A stretch of 64,000 nt of DNA from Eledone cirrhosa (taxonomy: Eukaryota): assembly GCA_964016885.1 (NCBI GenBank), contig OZ024741.1, positions 80,290,001 to 80,354,000 of the forward strand, given 5' to 3'. Within the stretch, counting starts at the first letter, position 1. The number at the start of each line of letters is the position of its first letter. Below the pieces are notes generated by a model, which saw only the letters and a program-made list of their open reading frames with translations, made no database searches and was not told the DNA's origin. This document shows, piece by piece, positions 63,501-64,000 of this stretch. The position numbers and the translations under genes are program-made.

Positions 63501-64000
63501 TAATTGAGGGCTTGTCTCTTCATATCCTATCACTGGTTATTATGTCATCACTTAACTCTTACTGCACATAGCTGTACGTTCTTTTATTTTTTTTACTTGG
63601 GTTTCAGTCATCGTGTGCAGTCATGCTTAAGCATCACTTTTTGTAAATTGGTTAGTAGTGTGGGAAAGTTTTAATTCAATGGAAGCACTATGTGGTTTAC
63701 AAATTTTTTTCTTTTTTCTTTGCTCTATTTTTTAAGGGCTGGGTTTAGCCTGGCAAATATACATTACCATCTTCATTTGTCTGTTTTTCTATGCTGGCTT
63801 GGTTTAGACATGGAGTGTAAAATCTTTAAATGTTAGTGTTACAATCAAGAAAGGTTCTCTCTTCCGTTAGCCTTTTTTTTCATATGCTGCTAAAAATGAG
63901 AAACATTGTTAATGACATTAAATATTCAAATTAGTTTGAATGGCCATTATACTTCTTGTAACAGAATTGTTTCTATCATGCATGAAACCATACCTATTTT

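Noticed and set aside
51136-64000. Further TIF1 exons (PHD, bromodomain), including acceptor-like sites near 58369 and 59052
   Set aside because: No PHD or bromodomain motifs found, and the 59052 site hits a stop at once in the required phase. The gene probably continues beyond the window, though tiny exons cannot be excluded.

Overview
AT-rich, microsatellite- and retroelement-dense eukaryotic (animal) DNA. The SINE families suggest a coleoid cephalopod such as Octopus, but this is inference. The window holds the 5' part of one large + strand gene for a TIF1-family TRIM protein (TRIM33/TRIM24/Drosophila bonus-like). Four coding exons (8708-11120, 36530-37949, 49683-49981, 50916-51135) splice in frame into about 1450 codons: a ~770-aa low-complexity N-terminus, RING, two B-boxes, coiled coil and Q/P-rich linker. 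The expected PHD-bromodomain is not in the window. Introns and flanks hold decayed RTE LINEs (one family with a PHD-like finger after the RT core), a CRE-type LINE remnant, a decayed Gypsy element with both LTRs, mariner and pogo remnants, a TTAA-flanked MITE and several tRNA-derived SINE families. The most striking signal outside the ORF track is a set of minimal type I hammerhead ribozyme folds from at least three sequence families. They sit in short (TA)n-flanked, often fold-back elements resembling Penelope-like pseudo-LTRs. Intact copies are antisense to the host pre-mRNA, except one sense copy that an inverted arm can sequester. All structures and homologies were derived by eye; no searches or folding programs were run.
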